NCBI GenBank assembly: GCA_937899435.1
Contig: CALBQG010000027.1
Span: 4,139 to 68,138, forward strand
Direction: 5' to 3'
DNA: 64,000 nucleotides
From: an uncultured Clostridia bacterium
GTDB lineage: Bacteria > Bacillota > Clostridia > Oscillospirales > Ruminococcaceae
This document shows, piece by piece, positions 1 through 9,995 of this stretch. Under the pieces are notes generated by a model, which did no database searches, had not been told where the DNA came from, and saw only the letters and a list, made by a program, of their open reading frames with translations. Positions within the stretch are counted from its first letter, which is position 1. Every line of letters starts with the position of its first letter. The translations under genes and the position numbers were made by a program.

Positions 1-1
1 A

Positions 2-712
2 GTCAATGTGGCAAAAGGCTTGGAACCGCACACACTCAAACGGCTGTCGGTGGTGCTGAAAGAGGAATTGCCCGATTGTGAGATTGTGGTGCTTTCGGGA
101 CCGTCGCATGCGGAAGAGGTCGGACGGGAAATGCCCACCACCGTGGTGGCGGCGGGACATGACCGTGCGGCGACGGAGACGGTGCAGCATCTGATGATGA
201 ACCGCAGCCTGCGCATTTACTGCAACGACGACGTGGTCGGCGTGGAGTTGGGCGGCGCGTTGAAGAATATCATTGCACTGGCAGCGGGAATCATCGACGG
301 ACTCGGCTACGGCGACAATACCAAAGCGGCACTGATGACCCGCGGCATGGCGGAAATTTCGCGATTGGGCGTGGCGATGGGTGCGCGTTCGTCCACGTTT
401 TCCGGACTGACGGGCATCGGCGACCTGATCGTCACCTGCACCAGTATGCACTCGCGCAATCGTCGGGCAGGAATTCTGATCGGAGAAGGCGTTCCCGCAA
501 AAGAGGCAATCGCCCGCATCGGAATGACGGTGGAAGGGTATATTGCTTCCGAGAGCGCTTATCGGCTGGCGCAGCAGACGGGCGTGGAAATGCCGATCAT
601 CAGCGGCGTGTATCAGATTCTTTACGAAAACCGTTCGCCGCGGGAAGTGATCGAGCAGCTTATGGGACGCCCCAAAGCCTGCGAGAGCGAAGAAGTGTGG
701 GGAGTCCGCTGA
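2..712 (+). CDS. gpsA: NAD(P)H-dependent glycerol-3-phosphate dehydrogenase, C-terminal part (5' end outside window)
   Basis: The frame is open from the window edge. Motifs [22 protein letters not shown] and [13 protein letters not shown] are typical of GpsA. Confidence 0.9.
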   Translation, partial: VNVAKGLEPHTLKRLSVVLKEELPDCEIVVLSGPSHAEEVGREMPTTVVAAGHDRAATETVQHLMMNRSLRIYCNDDVVGVELGGALKNIIALAAGIIDGLGYGDNTKAALMTRGMAEISRLGVAMGARSSTFSGLTGIGDLIVTCTSMHSRNRRAGILIGEGVPAKEAIARIGMTVEGYIASESAYRLAQQTGVEMPIISGVYQILYENRSPREVIEQLMGRPKACESEEVWGVR

Positions 713-777
713 CGGCATACGCAGAGGCGGTAAGTTTGTTCCGCTTTTCCGGGTGACCGCGGCTTTTCGGTACAAGA

Positions 778-817
778 AAACCTCCTATGGTAGTTTTACC
801 ATGGGAGGTTCTTTTTT
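778..817. terminator. Bidirectional rho-independent terminator between gpsA and spo0A
   Basis: A 14-bp stem, aacctcctatggta / taccatgggaggtt (one G-U), is flanked by an A-run and a T-run. Confidence 0.7.
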
Positions 818-847
818 GTGACGAATTTGTGCAAAAACAGAGGAGTT

Positions 848-1618
848 TCAGTGCATAGCCTTCATTTGCAGACGCATTTTGTCGGTGATCATCGCGATAA
901 ACTCGGAATTTGTGGGCTTTCCGCGGGAGTTTTGAATGGTGTATCCGAAATAAGAATTGAGCACATCCACATCGCCGCGATCCCATGCCACTTCGATGGA
1001 ATGGCGGATGGCGCGTTCAACACGCGACGGCGTGGTGTTGAAGCGTTTGGCGACACTGGGGTACAACAGCTTGGTGACGGCGTGCAGATATTCCGTGTTT
1101 CCGATTGAGAGAAGAATTGCTTCGCGCAGATAATGATAACCTTTAATGTGGGCGGGAACGCCGATTTGATGAATGATTTCGGTTACCGCCGTTTCCACAT
1201 CGAATTTTTCCGTCTTGGAAGCCGACATTGCTTCTTCGCCGCAGATGGCGCAAAAATCAAGAATCCGTTCGCAGAGAATGGCAGGCTCCACGGGCTTGAT
1301 GAAGAAGTAGAAGGCACCGGCGGCTTTCAGCTCCTGACGGAGAACCGGCGTGTCGAAGCCGGAAAGAACGATGAAGTTCGGCTTTTTCGCAAGACTTCCG
1401 GAGTTGATGCTCTTCATGATGCCGATTGCATCAAATCCCGGAAGAAAGACATCCAATACTACATAAGTGGGCGCTTCATTGTAAATGGCGTTGACCACGG
1501 AAACGGAATTGTTTTCGCAGAAGACCGACGCTACGTTTTTAGCCTGAAGGAGCTTACGGCAAGATGTTACGAATTGGGCGTCATCTTCGACAAATAGGAT
1601 TTTTTCTTTGCAAGACAT
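848..1618 (-). CDS. spo0A: Sporulation master regulator Spo0A
   Basis: The receiver domain has EDD, the acceptor context [11 protein letters not shown] (Asp56 by my count) and KP. The C-terminal signature is [18 protein letters not shown] ... [18 protein letters not shown] ... [10 protein letters not shown]. spoIVB lies immediately upstream, the conserved synteny. Confidence 0.95.
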   Translation of the reverse strand: MSCKEKILFVEDDAQFVTSCRKLLQAKNVASVFCENNSVSVVNAIYNEAPTYVVLDVFLPGFDAIGIMKSINSGSLAKKPNFIVLSGFDTPVLRQELKAAGAFYFFIKPVEPAILCERILDFCAICGEEAMSASKTEKFDVETAVTEIIHQIGVPAHIKGYHYLREAILLSIGNTEYLHAVTKLLYPSVAKRFNTTPSRVERAIRHSIEVAWDRGDVDVLNSYFGYTIQNSRGKPTNSEFIAMITDKMRLQMKAMH

Positions 1619-1651
1619 GTGATTTTCCTCCTCATTTTTTAGTGCCTATTC

Positions 1652-1680
1652 ATGGTAGCACAGAAACCCGTCAGTTTCAA
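1652..1680 (-). promoter_or_regulatory. Candidate sigma-A type promoter for spo0A
   Basis: On the minus strand: TTGAAA, a 17-nt spacer, then TACCAT, about 35 nt upstream of the spo0A ATG. The -10 is imperfect. Confidence 0.3.
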
Positions 1681-1733
1681 GGGGAAAAAAGCCGTTTACT
1701 TCCCGGGTGCATCAAATAATAATTCACGTCTCG

Positions 1734-1740
1734 TGTCGAA
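1734..1740 (+). promoter_or_regulatory. 0A box (TGTCGAA) in the spo0A upstream region
   Basis: Exact match to the Spo0A-binding consensus TGTCGAA, inverted relative to the spo0A gene. Confidence 0.5.
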
Positions 1741-1858
1741 AAAAGGCGAAAAAGAGCAAAACGGTGAAAATTCTTTTGTAAGTTGTACAACAGTCGTATA
1801 AAATGTTGGAAAAACCTTGTGAAAAATTAATTAGTCCGTTGAGTAGAATTTTGCTTCA

Positions 1859-1865
1859 TTCGACA
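1859..1865 (-). promoter_or_regulatory. 0A box (TGTCGAA on the minus strand) in the spo0A upstream region
   Basis: Plus strand ttcgaca is the reverse complement of TGTCGAA. It is the second exact 0A box, about 120 bp from the first. Confidence 0.5.
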
Positions 1866-1993
1866 TAGAGTACTATAATATGTTATTTTTTGAGGTATCA
1901 CAAGGAAGGAAAATGCAAAATTTTCAAATTATTTCCCTGAAAACTCTGACGAAATTCGCAGGAGGATGACAGAATATCCATGCAAAAGGTTTT

Positions 1994-3220
1994 TTAGGAG
2001 GGATCGCCGAGGAAGGATAGCATGGCAGTATACATATTTTCTGCGAAAATTGCAAATCCTTTGGTGGGATCGTTGACAAAAACGTGGGTGACCGCGCCGA
2101 CCAACTGTCCGTCCTGGAGAATGGGCGAGCCGCTCATGCCCTGCACGATGCCGCCCGTGCGTTCCAGCAAATCCGGATCGGTGACTTTGATGACCATGTT
2201 TTTGGTCGGGTTGTTGGCAGAGAGACTGATCTTTTCGATTTCAATTTCAAAGGCTTCCACGGTGTTTTTGTCCAACGTGGTCAATACCGTGGCTTTTCCT
2301 TCGTGGATTTCCTGCTTCAGCGCCAGCTTGACCGGGGAACTTCCGACCACGGGACAGCGATCCGCGTGACCGAAAACGCCGGAAGCGGAGTTGGCATACA
2401 GTGTGCCGAATCCCTTGCGGCTGGCGAAGGTACCGATCAGCTCGCCGGGTGTGCCGCATTTTCCTTTGGTAATGCCCAGAATGCTGACATCCACAATTTC
2501 ACCGGAGGAAAGGGGAAGCAGTTCCCCAGTGTCCACGTCGCAAATGGCGTGTCCGAGTCCCGCAAAAAGTCCGGTGGAGGAGTCGTAGAAGGTGGCAGTG
2601 CCGATGCCTGCGGAGCTGTCGCGCACCCATATGCCTGCTTTGTAGGTGTGGTCAAGATCGGACAACAGCGGTTTCAGACAAAGGGTAAACTCCGTTTCAC
2701 TGCGCAGGACACGAAGGGTAATTTCTTTTCCTTGAGAAGATGCAATGATTTTGGAAATGTGTTCGTTGGATTGAATTTCCTGCCCGTTTGCACTGAGGAG
2801 AATGTCGCCGACACGCAGACCGGCGGCCGTAGCAGGAGCGATGGATTTTCCGCCGGATTCCACGTCGCTGACGGCAACCACCATCACGCCTTTGGTAAAC
2901 ATTTTAATGCCGAACGGCGTACCGCAGACGGTGAGCGTGGGACGGTCCACGACCTGCACGGATACATCCTTGATCGGCATGAAGCCGAAGAGCTTGAGCG
3001 AAACGTTATACGAAAGCGCGCTGTCGCGGGAATCTCCGACACTGATGTGTTCGCCGCGCTGACGGGTGCAGGTGACGGCGGATTGATTCAGGGTAAATTC
3101 CTGACCGCGGGTGACTAAAAAGGTTTCGGGAAGGGAAAAACGGTAACCTGCCACCGCTGTGAAACAAACCGTGAGCACAGCGGCGGCGGCGGCTGTGAAT
3201 TTTTTAATGAAATGTTTCAT
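1994..3220 (-). CDS. spoIVB: SpoIVB serine peptidase (S55), sporulation signalling protease
   Basis: It has an N-terminal membrane anchor, a PDZ-like segment (GLRVGDILLSANGQ) and a peptidase S55 core with GIVQGMSGSPI. It sits directly upstream of spo0A. Confidence 0.92.
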   Translation of the reverse strand: MKHFIKKFTAAAAAVLTVCFTAVAGYRFSLPETFLVTRGQEFTLNQSAVTCTRQRGEHISVGDSRDSALSYNVSLKLFGFMPIKDVSVQVVDRPTLTVCGTPFGIKMFTKGVMVVAVSDVESGGKSIAPATAAGLRVGDILLSANGQEIQSNEHISKIIASSQGKEITLRVLRSETEFTLCLKPLLSDLDHTYKAGIWVRDSSAGIGTATFYDSSTGLFAGLGHAICDVDTGELLPLSSGEIVDVSILGITKGKCGTPGELIGTFASRKGFGTLYANSASGVFGHADRCPVVGSSPVKLALKQEIHEGKATVLTTLDKNTVEAFEIEIEKISLSANNPTKNMVIKVTDPDLLERTGGIVQGMSGSPILQDGQLVGAVTHVFVNDPTKGFAIFAENMYTAMLSFLGDPS

Positions 3221-3355
3221 AATGAACTCCTTGCAAAAGTGATGACACTGTTATTGTGTTCTCAACGGGAAAGAATATGAAAGGCAAAAACGTGTGCCGC
3301 AATTGCCAGACAAACGCCTGCGATGTAAAAAGTGTGCGAATAAGGAAAAAAGCCC

Positions 3356-3384
3356 TTGACAAAACAAAAAAATAAAGCTAAAAT
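3356..3384 (+). promoter_or_regulatory. Sigma-A promoter of the marR-ABC exporter operon
   Basis: TTGACA, a 17-nt spacer, then TAAAAT. Confidence 0.6.
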
Positions 3385-3388
3385 TTAT

Positions 3389-3404
3389 TTAGTTTGCTAA
3401 CTAA
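3389..3404 (+). promoter_or_regulatory. Inverted repeat, candidate MarR operator
   Basis: Perfect 6-4-6 palindrome TTAGTT tgct AACTAA immediately downstream of the -10, overlapping the expected transcription start. Confidence 0.45.
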
Positions 3405-3425
3405 TTTAACAAAAGGAGCGATTTT

Positions 3426-3869
3426 ATGGAGCAGGAAAAGCCGCTTTGCGTGCTGTTTATGGATATTCATAAAATGATGCACGACCGTATGCGGCGGCAG
3501 TCGGAAGCCTTGGGATTGCAGTTTGGCTATCATCGGATTATTTTCGAGCTGGCACATAAGGGTCTGAAAACGCAGAATGAAATTGCAGCGGCAACCAACC
3601 GCAGCTCCCCGACCGTCAGCGTTGCTCTTCAGAACATGGAGAAGGACGGCATCGTGACCAGACATCAGAGTGCGGACGATCAGCGCAAGATTCTGGTGGA
3701 GCTGACGGAAAAGGGAAAAAGGATTGACGAGGAGATCGGAAAAACGGTGCGGGAAAACGACGAGCTTTTTGTGAAAAATCTCACCGAAGAGGAAATTGCC
3801 GTGCTGACACCGATCATGCGGAAAATCTATGACACCTTTGCAAAGGAGAATCCGGACTTATGCGAGTGA
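3426..3869 (+). CDS. MarR family transcriptional regulator
   Basis: The 147-aa protein has a winged-helix core (QNEIAAATNRSSPTVSVALQNMEKDGIV.R..S..DQRK). It is followed by exporter genes. Confidence 0.85.
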   Translation: MEQEKPLCVLFMDIHKMMHDRMRRQSEALGLQFGYHRIIFELAHKGLKTQNEIAAATNRSSPTVSVALQNMEKDGIVTRHQSADDQRKILVELTEKGKRIDEEIGKTVRENDELFVKNLTEEEIAVLTPIMRKIYDTFAKENPDLCE

Positions 3870-5599
3870 AACTGTCAAGCTATCTCAAACCCTACTGGCT
3901 CTGTGCGCTGCTGTCTCCGTTGGTAATGGCGGGAGAGGTGCTGTGCGACCTGGCACTTCCCGATCTGATGTCCACCATCGTGGATGAGGGCGTGCTCGGG
4001 CAGAACATGAGCGTGATTCTCCGCACCGGACTTCTGATGCTGGCGACCGCGCTGGTGGGCGCACTGGCGGGAATGCTGTCGTCGGTTTTTGCGGGAATTG
4101 CCTCGCAGAACTTCGGAACGGATCTGCGAAACGACGTGTTCCGCCGCGTGATGAGCCTTTCGCTGGAACAAACGGACAAGTTTACCACGGGATCGTTGGT
4201 CACGCGTCTGACCAATGATATTTCCATGGTGCAGAACGCCGTGCAGATGATTTTGCGGATGGTCATTCGCGCTCCTGTGTTTTTTGTCGGCGGCTTTATC
4301 ATGGCACTGACCCTGAATGTCAATTTCGGCACCGTGCTGCTCTGCGGACTTCCGGTGCAGCTGATTCTGATCACCGTGGTGCTGAAAAAAGCATCGCCGC
4401 TGTTTTTGCAGGTGCAGGAAAAGCTGGATCGCGTCAACTCGGTGGTGCAGGAAAACGTCACCGGCGCACGGACGGTGAAAGCCTACGTGCGTGAGGATTA
4501 CGAGGAGAAGCGCTTTCAGGATGCCAATGACGAGCTGATCCGCGTGAACTATCAGGTACAGCGGCTGATGGCAATCGCCATGCCGCTGATGATGATTGTG
4601 ATGAACGTCGTCGTGGTCGTGATTATTTTTGTCGGCGGATTGCAGGCAGAGGCACAGGCAATGAAGCCCGGCGATATTATGGCGGCAATCACGTATGTGA
4701 CGCAGATTCTGATGTCGATTATGATGGTATCGGGCATTTTCCAGATGCTGTCGCGCGCTTCGGCGTCGGCAGACCGTATCCGTGAAATTCTGGAAACCGA
4801 ACCGACCGTGGTCGGCGGGAGCTTTGAAGGCGCCCGTCGTCCGGGAGACGTGAAATTTGAAAATGTCAGCTTCCGCTACCCGAACGCTTCGGAGGATTTG
4901 GTGCTGAAAAATGTGAATTTTGAAGTGAAACCCGGAGAGACCGTCGCTATTATCGGCGCGACCGGTTCGGGAAAAACTTCTTTGGTCAATCTGATTGACC
5001 GCTTTTATGATGTCACCGACGGACACGTTCTGTTGGACGGCAAAGACGTGCGGGAATATGATCTGGAAGCATTGCGCGGGAGAATCGGTTTTGTGCTTCA
5101 GAAAAGCGAGCTGTTCTCGGGCACGATCGAGGACAATATCCGCTGGGGAAATCCGCAGGCGACGGAGGAAGAGGTGGTGAAAGCCGCAAAAATCGCCCAG
5201 GCGGACGAGTACATACAAGGCTTCAAGGACGGCTATCAGACCGTGATCGGCGAGAAGGGCGCATCCCTTTCGGGCGGACAGAAACAGCGCTTGTCCATTG
5301 CCCGTGCCATTGCGAAAAAACCGGATGTGCTGATTTTTGACGACAGCACTTCCGCACTGGATTTCAGCACGGAAGCGCGCCTGCATCGGGCATTGCGCGA
5401 AAATCTTTCGGAAACGACGGTGATCGTCATTGCCCAGCGTGTGGCAAGCATCATGCACGCCGACCGGATTCTGGTGCTGGACAACAACACCGTGGCGGCA
5501 AGCGGCACGCATGAGGAGCTGCTGAAAACCAGTCCGGTGTACCGCGATATTTATCAGTCTCAAATGAAAGCGGGGGATCACGATGGTACAGCAGAATAA
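3860..5599 (+). CDS. ABC exporter, fused permease/ATPase (subunit 1 of a probable heterodimer)
   Basis: Six-TM N-terminal half, Walker A GATGSGKTS, signature LSGGQKQR, Walker B LIFDDSTSALD. Confidence 0.9.
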   Translation: MRVKLSSYLKPYWLCALLSPLVMAGEVLCDLALPDLMSTIVDEGVLGQNMSVILRTGLLMLATALVGALAGMLSSVFAGIASQNFGTDLRNDVFRRVMSLSLEQTDKFTTGSLVTRLTNDISMVQNAVQMILRMVIRAPVFFVGGFIMALTLNVNFGTVLLCGLPVQLILITVVLKKASPLFLQVQEKLDRVNSVVQENVTGARTVKAYVREDYEEKRFQDANDELIRVNYQVQRLMAIAMPLMMIVMNVVVVVIIFVGGLQAEAQAMKPGDIMAAITYVTQILMSIMMVSGIFQMLSRASASADRIREILETEPTVVGGSFEGARRPGDVKFENVSFRYPNASEDLVLKNVNFEVKPGETVAIIGATGSGKTSLVNLIDRFYDVTDGHVLLDGKDVREYDLEALRGRIGFVLQKSELFSGTIEDNIRWGNPQATEEEVVKAAKIAQADEYIQGFKDGYQTVIGEKGASLSGGQKQRLSIARAIAKKPDVLIFDDSTSALDFSTEARLHRALRENLSETTVIVIAQRVASIMHADRILVLDNNTVAASGTHEELLKTSPVYRDIYQSQMKAGDHDGTAE

Positions 5600-7448
5600 T
5601 CAGAATCGCCCGCAGGTGAACCTTCGTCCGGGACGCGGACCCGGCGGACCGCACGGTCCGATTATGCGGGAAAAGCCGAAAAATTTCAAAAAAACCTTCG
5701 GACGGCTGCTTCGGTATATTGCGTCGGGAAAATACATCTTTTTCGCGTTGGTCATTATTCTGGTGATTATCACGGGACTGTCGCTGGCAGCGCCGTTGCT
5801 TCAGGCGGACGCGATCGATATGATCCGTTACGACAATGCCACCGGTCAGATCAGCGTGGATCATCAAGGACTTTTGCGGATGCTGGCGCTGCTTCTCGGA
5901 GTGTATCTGCTGTCGGCAGTGATGACCTATCTGCAAAACATTTTTTCGGCAAAGTTGTCGCTTTCCACCGTCAAAAAGCTGCGCAACGACCTGTTTCACA
6001 GCATTGAACATCTGCCGATCCGCTATATTGACACGCATCAGCACGGCGACCTGATGAGCCGCATGACCAACGATGTGGAAAATATTTCCAATACGATTTC
6101 TCAGTCGGTTGCCTCTCTGTTTTCGGGAATCATCACACTGGTGGGAACCTTGGTCATCATGCTGGTCAAAAGTCCGCTTCTGACCTTGGTCAGCCTGCTG
6201 ACCGTACCGCTCACACTGTTTGTGTCCATGAAAATGGCGGGCTTTATGCGCAAATTCTTTCTGAAACAGCAGTCCACATTGGGCGCGCTTAACGGAAATA
6301 TTGAAGAAAAAATCACAGGTTATAAAACTGTGGTGGCGTTCGGAAAAGAAAAGGATGCCGTGCGGGAGTTCGGCGAGCTGAACGGCGAACTGAAAACCAT
6401 CGGCATCAAGGCGCAGGTGTTCGGCGGTCTGATGGGACCGATCATGAACGTCATCGGCAACCTCGGCTATCTGATCGTCGCGGCGACGGGCGGCTGGCTG
6501 GCACTCAATGGAGACACCATCGGCGCGGCAATTTCCGTGGGAACGATTCAGGCGTTTTTGCTGTATATTAAGCAATTCAACCGCCCGATCAATGAAATCG
6601 CCAACCAGTACGCTAATATCATGACCGCTATTGCCGGTGCGGAACGTGTGTTTGATGTCATGGACACCAAACCGGAAGACGAGGGCGGAAAGGTGCCGCT
6701 CGGCGATGTACGCGGAGATATCTGTTTTGAGGATGTGTATTTTGCCTATAATCCCGAAGAACCCGTGCTTCAGGGACTGAATCTGAAAGTAAAGGCAGGA
6801 CAGAAAATCGCCGTCGTAGGAGCGACGGGTTCGGGCAAAACCACCATCGTCAACCTGCTGACCCGATTCTATGATACCGATCGCGGTCGGATTACGGTGG
6901 ACGGCAAGGATATCCGCGAAGTGCCGAAAGAGGAACTGCGGCACAACATCGCGATTGTGCTGCAGGATACGGTACTGCTGTCGGACACCATTGCTACCAA
7001 TATCCGTTACGGCAAACTGGACGCCACGGATGAACAGGTGAGAAAAGCGGCTCAGACGGCAGAAGCGGACAGCTTCATCGACAAGCTGCGGGATGGCTAT
7101 GACACCGTGCTGACCGGTTCGGGTTCGGCGCTGTCGGGCGGACAGCGGCAGCTGTTGGCAATTGCCCGTGCCGTGCTTGCCGACCCGAAGATTCTGATTT
7201 TGGATGAGGCGACCTCTTCGGTGGACACCCGAACGGAAATGAACATCCAGACCGCGATGGCAAAGCTGATGGAAAACCGCACCAGTCTCATCATCGCACA
7301 CCGCCTGTCCACTATCCGCGACGCGGATATGATCGCGGTTATTGCCGACGGAAAAGTGGCGGAAGCGGGCAATCACGAAGAACTTCTGGCAAAAAAAGGA
7401 CATTATTATACACTGTATCAGAACCAATTTGCAGGACTCAGAACGTAA
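5583..7448 (+). CDS. ABC exporter, fused permease/ATPase (subunit 2)
   Basis: Overlaps the upstream gene by 17 nt. Walker A GATGSGKTT, signature LSGGQRQ, Walker B ILILDEATSSVD. Confidence 0.9.
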   Translation: MVQQNNQNRPQVNLRPGRGPGGPHGPIMREKPKNFKKTFGRLLRYIASGKYIFFALVIILVIITGLSLAAPLLQADAIDMIRYDNATGQISVDHQGLLRMLALLLGVYLLSAVMTYLQNIFSAKLSLSTVKKLRNDLFHSIEHLPIRYIDTHQHGDLMSRMTNDVENISNTISQSVASLFSGIITLVGTLVIMLVKSPLLTLVSLLTVPLTLFVSMKMAGFMRKFFLKQQSTLGALNGNIEEKITGYKTVVAFGKEKDAVREFGELNGELKTIGIKAQVFGGLMGPIMNVIGNLGYLIVAATGGWLALNGDTIGAAISVGTIQAFLLYIKQFNRPINEIANQYANIMTAIAGAERVFDVMDTKPEDEGGKVPLGDVRGDICFEDVYFAYNPEEPVLQGLNLKVKAGQKIAVVGATGSGKTTIVNLLTRFYDTDRGRITVDGKDIREVPKEELRHNIAIVLQDTVLLSDTIATNIRYGKLDATDEQVRKAAQTAEADSFIDKLRDGYDTVLTGSGSALSGGQRQLLAIARAVLADPKILILDEATSSVDTRTEMNIQTAMAKLMENRTSLIIAHRLSTIRDADMIAVIADGKVAEAGNHEELLAKKGHYYTLYQNQFAGLRT

Positions 7449-7459
7449 AGGAGAGTTTT

Positions 7460-8227
7460 ATGAAAATTGCAGTTATCACCGGCGCCAGCTCCGGCATGGG
7501 ACGGGATTTTGCCCGACAGCTGGATCAAACGGGAAACTACGAACAGCTTTGGGTGATCGCACGCCGCGAAGAACGGCTGCTGACGCTGAAGGAAGAACTG
7601 AAAACACCGGTGAAGGTGTTTCCGATGGATCTGACAAAGCAGGAGGATCTGGAGCGCTATGCCGCCGAACTGGAAAAAGAAAAACCGCAGGTGTTGACCT
7701 TGGTCAACGCCGGCGGCTTCGGAAAATTCGGCAGAGTGGAGCAGATTCCGCTGTCCGATTGCATGGGAATGATCGATGTGAACTGTAAAGCATTGGTCAG
7801 TATGACACAGCTGACCTTGCCGTATATGGAGCGGGGCAGTGCGGTGATCGAGCTGGGGTCGCTGTCGGCGTTCCAGCCGGTGCCGTATCTGAATGTCTAC
7901 GCGGCAAGCAAGGCATTTGTTCTCAGCTATTCCCGCGCGCTGAACGTGGAGCTGAAACCGCGGGGAATCCGTGTGATGGCGGTGTGTCCGGGTTGGGTGA
8001 AAACGGAGTTTTTCGACCGTGCGACAAAAACCAGCAACGATGCCGTTACGTACTACAACGTGTTCTCCGAATCGGCGGATGTGGTGCGCACGGCACTGCG
8101 CGACCTCAAACGCGGAAAAGATGTGTCGGTGCATAACTTCCGTGTGCGTGCGCAGGTACGGCTGGTCAAACTGCTGCCGCACAAATGGGTCATGAACATC
8201 TGGATGAAACAGCAAAAGCACGGTTAA
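7460..8227 (+). CDS. SDR family short-chain oxidoreductase
   Basis: TGASSGMG dinucleotide motif, NAGG, and YAASK catalytic motif. Confidence 0.85.
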   Translation: MKIAVITGASSGMGRDFARQLDQTGNYEQLWVIARREERLLTLKEELKTPVKVFPMDLTKQEDLERYAAELEKEKPQVLTLVNAGGFGKFGRVEQIPLSDCMGMIDVNCKALVSMTQLTLPYMERGSAVIELGSLSAFQPVPYLNVYAASKAFVLSYSRALNVELKPRGIRVMAVCPGWVKTEFFDRATKTSNDAVTYYNVFSESADVVRTALRDLKRGKDVSVHNFRVRAQVRLVKLLPHKWVMNIWMKQQKHG

Positions 8228-9057
8228 TCGCCGCTTCTTTCACGCCGCGCGACTTTTCGGAAGTCGCGCGGCGTGACGCCGTATTTGCGGCGGAAAAGAC
8301 GGGAAAAATAGTTCGGGTCGTCAAAGGAACACGCTGCGGCAATTTTTCGGATTCCGTCCCCCGTGCTGCGCAGCAGCTGCGCGGCGTGCGAAAGGCGCAG
8401 GTCGCGAAGGTGCTCGGTGACCGTCATGCCGACGTCGGCACGGAATTTGCGGCAGAAAGCCGCTTCGGTGTAGCCGAACGTCTGCGCAAGTCCGCGGCAG
8501 GTCAGCGGCTGCGAAAGGTTTTCTTCCATATACAGGAGGATCCGCTGCGAAAATTCGTCGTCGGTCAGCACGGGAAAACGGTTTTCGGGCGCGTCGGCAT
8601 ACCGCGACATCAGCGTGCCGATCAGCAGATAGAGAAACCCCGTCACGGTCTGCACGTTGGAATCAGGACTTCTGAACGCTTCGGAAAGATGATCCAACAG
8701 GGAAGCAAGCCCGGGATCACGAATGCAGTGACGCAATTGAGACAATTGCTGAAAGGAGAAACCGAACAGATCGGTGTCGAACATGAATACGCGGTAGGAA
8801 ACGCCTTCGTCGCCCGCAGTGCCTTCGTGACAACAACGCGGAGGAAAAACCACGGTGTCGCCGTTTTCGGCGGCATAGGAAATGCCGTCCACAACAAAAT
8901 TCATGCTTCCGCGGTCGATCCGCAGAATCTCCATGCGTTCGTGCCAGTGATTGTGAAAACAGGGGCGGTTTGCCTCGGGCGAAAAGGACAAAATCCGCAG
9001 TCCTTTTTTTCCGTAAATCACGGGAGTGAGCTCTTTTAAATAGTACGCCTGTGCCAT
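8224..9057 (-). CDS. AraC family transcriptional regulator (cupin sensor plus HTH)
   Basis: N-terminal cupin-like half and C-terminal AraC double HTH (FGYTEAAFCRKFRADVGMTVTEHL ... DPNYFSRLFRRKYGVTPRDF). I chose the ATG at 9057 because GAGGG lies 5 nt upstream. The tracked ORF extends to 9075. Confidence 0.85.
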   Translation of the reverse strand: MAQAYYLKELTPVIYGKKGLRILSFSPEANRPCFHNHWHERMEILRIDRGSMNFVVDGISYAAENGDTVVFPPRCCHEGTAGDEGVSYRVFMFDTDLFGFSFQQLSQLRHCIRDPGLASLLDHLSEAFRSPDSNVQTVTGFLYLLIGTLMSRYADAPENRFPVLTDDEFSQRILLYMEENLSQPLTCRGLAQTFGYTEAAFCRKFRADVGMTVTEHLRDLRLSHAAQLLRSTGDGIRKIAAACSFDDPNYFSRLFRRKYGVTPRDFRKVARRERSGD

Positions 9058-9152
9058 AGTACCCTCACAAGACAAAAATGTGCGAAAATATGTTAAAATC
9101 GTGCTATTTCATTATACAGCATCTGTTATAATAAAGTCAAGAGGTGAGGCAA

Positions 9153-9995
9153 ATGAAGATTGGCACTTGTGTCCATTTGAAGGAAATTTCCGAAATGGAA
9201 AAAGTCTTTGCCACCATGCAGAAACAGGGCTTTGACAACTGTCAGCTGATCTGCTGGGAACTTTCCCGCTATACCCGGGAAACGGCACAGGCAATTCTGA
9301 AACTGACAAAAACCTACGGTGTGGAAATCTCGGCGGTCTGGTGCGGCTGGAGCGGTCCGGCAAAGTGGAACTTTTACGAAGGTCCGCTGACACTGGGGCT
9401 GGTTCCGTCGGCGTACCGCGAACAGCGTGTGCGCGACCTTTGCAGAGGAAGCGATTTTGCGCGGATGCTCGGTGTGGATCGCGTGGTATCGCATATGGGC
9501 TTCATTCCCGAAGATCCCAATGATGCCCAATTCAAACCGTTCTGCGAAGCGGTGAAAAAGGTTGCCGACCACGCGAAAGAAAACGGACAGTATCTGATGT
9601 TTGAAACGGGACAGGAAACCCCCGTGACGATGCTGCGCTGTTTTGAAACGGCAGGCTGCGATAACCTGCGGGTGAACCTCGATACGGCAAACGTGATTCT
9701 GTACGGCAAAGCCAATCCCGCGGATGCGCTGGATGTGTTCGGAAAATGGGTGGCAGGCGTACATATGAAGGACGGCTTGTATCCGACCAACGGACACGAC
9801 CTCGGTCATGAGGTGCGCATCGGGGACGGAAAGTGCGATTTCGGAAAAGTGCTGCGCAAACTCAAGGCTCTCGGTTACAACGAACCGCTGACAATTGAAC
9901 GTGAAATCGGCGGCGAACAGCAAAATGTCGATATCCTGTATGCACGGGATTATCTGCAAAAAATTCTGAATGAAATGGCGGAGGAAGAAAAATGA
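9153..9995 (+). CDS. Sugar phosphate isomerase/epimerase (xylose isomerase-like TIM barrel)
   Basis: TIM-barrel family pattern (MFETGQE, NLDTANV, HMKD, IERE metal ligand contexts). The ATG at 9153 follows AGAGGTGAGG. Confidence 0.75.
   Translation: MKIGTCVHLKEISEMEKVFATMQKQGFDNCQLICWELSRYTRETAQAILKLTKTYGVEISAVWCGWSGPAKWNFYEGPLTLGLVPSAYREQRVRDLCRGSDFARMLGVDRVVSHMGFIPEDPNDAQFKPFCEAVKKVADHAKENGQYLMFETGQETPVTMLRCFETAGCDNLRVNLDTANVILYGKANPADALDVFGKWVAGVHMKDGLYPTNGHDLGHEVRIGDGKCDFGKVLRKLKALGYNEPLTIEREIGGEQQNVDILYARDYLQKILNEMAEEEK

Noticed and set aside
1619-1993. Searched for a sigma-H promoter (AGGA-type -35 and GAAT -10) upstream of spo0A.
   Set aside because: Several GAAT tetramers are present, but none has an AGGA-like element at the expected spacing. 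Only the 0A boxes and a weak sigma-A-like promoter are reported.
3875-7427. Very long antisense ORFs (3875-5581 minus at 568 aa, 5451-7427 minus at 658 aa). Similar ones lie at 17827-20037 minus (736 aa), 21796-23208 minus, 27742-29037 minus, 34225-35766 minus and 44500-45552 minus.
   Set aside because: They lie exactly opposite well-supported conserved genes (ABC exporters, hcp, hom, dipeptidase, lon, queA). Their translations are Arg/His/Gln-rich low-information sequence typical of shadow frames in GC-rich coding DNA, and none has an RBS.
8185-9039. A 284-aa plus-strand ORF opposite the AraC regulator.
   Set aside because: It is a shadow ORF of the AraC gene. The minus-strand product has clear cupin and AraC HTH motifs, whereas this one has none.
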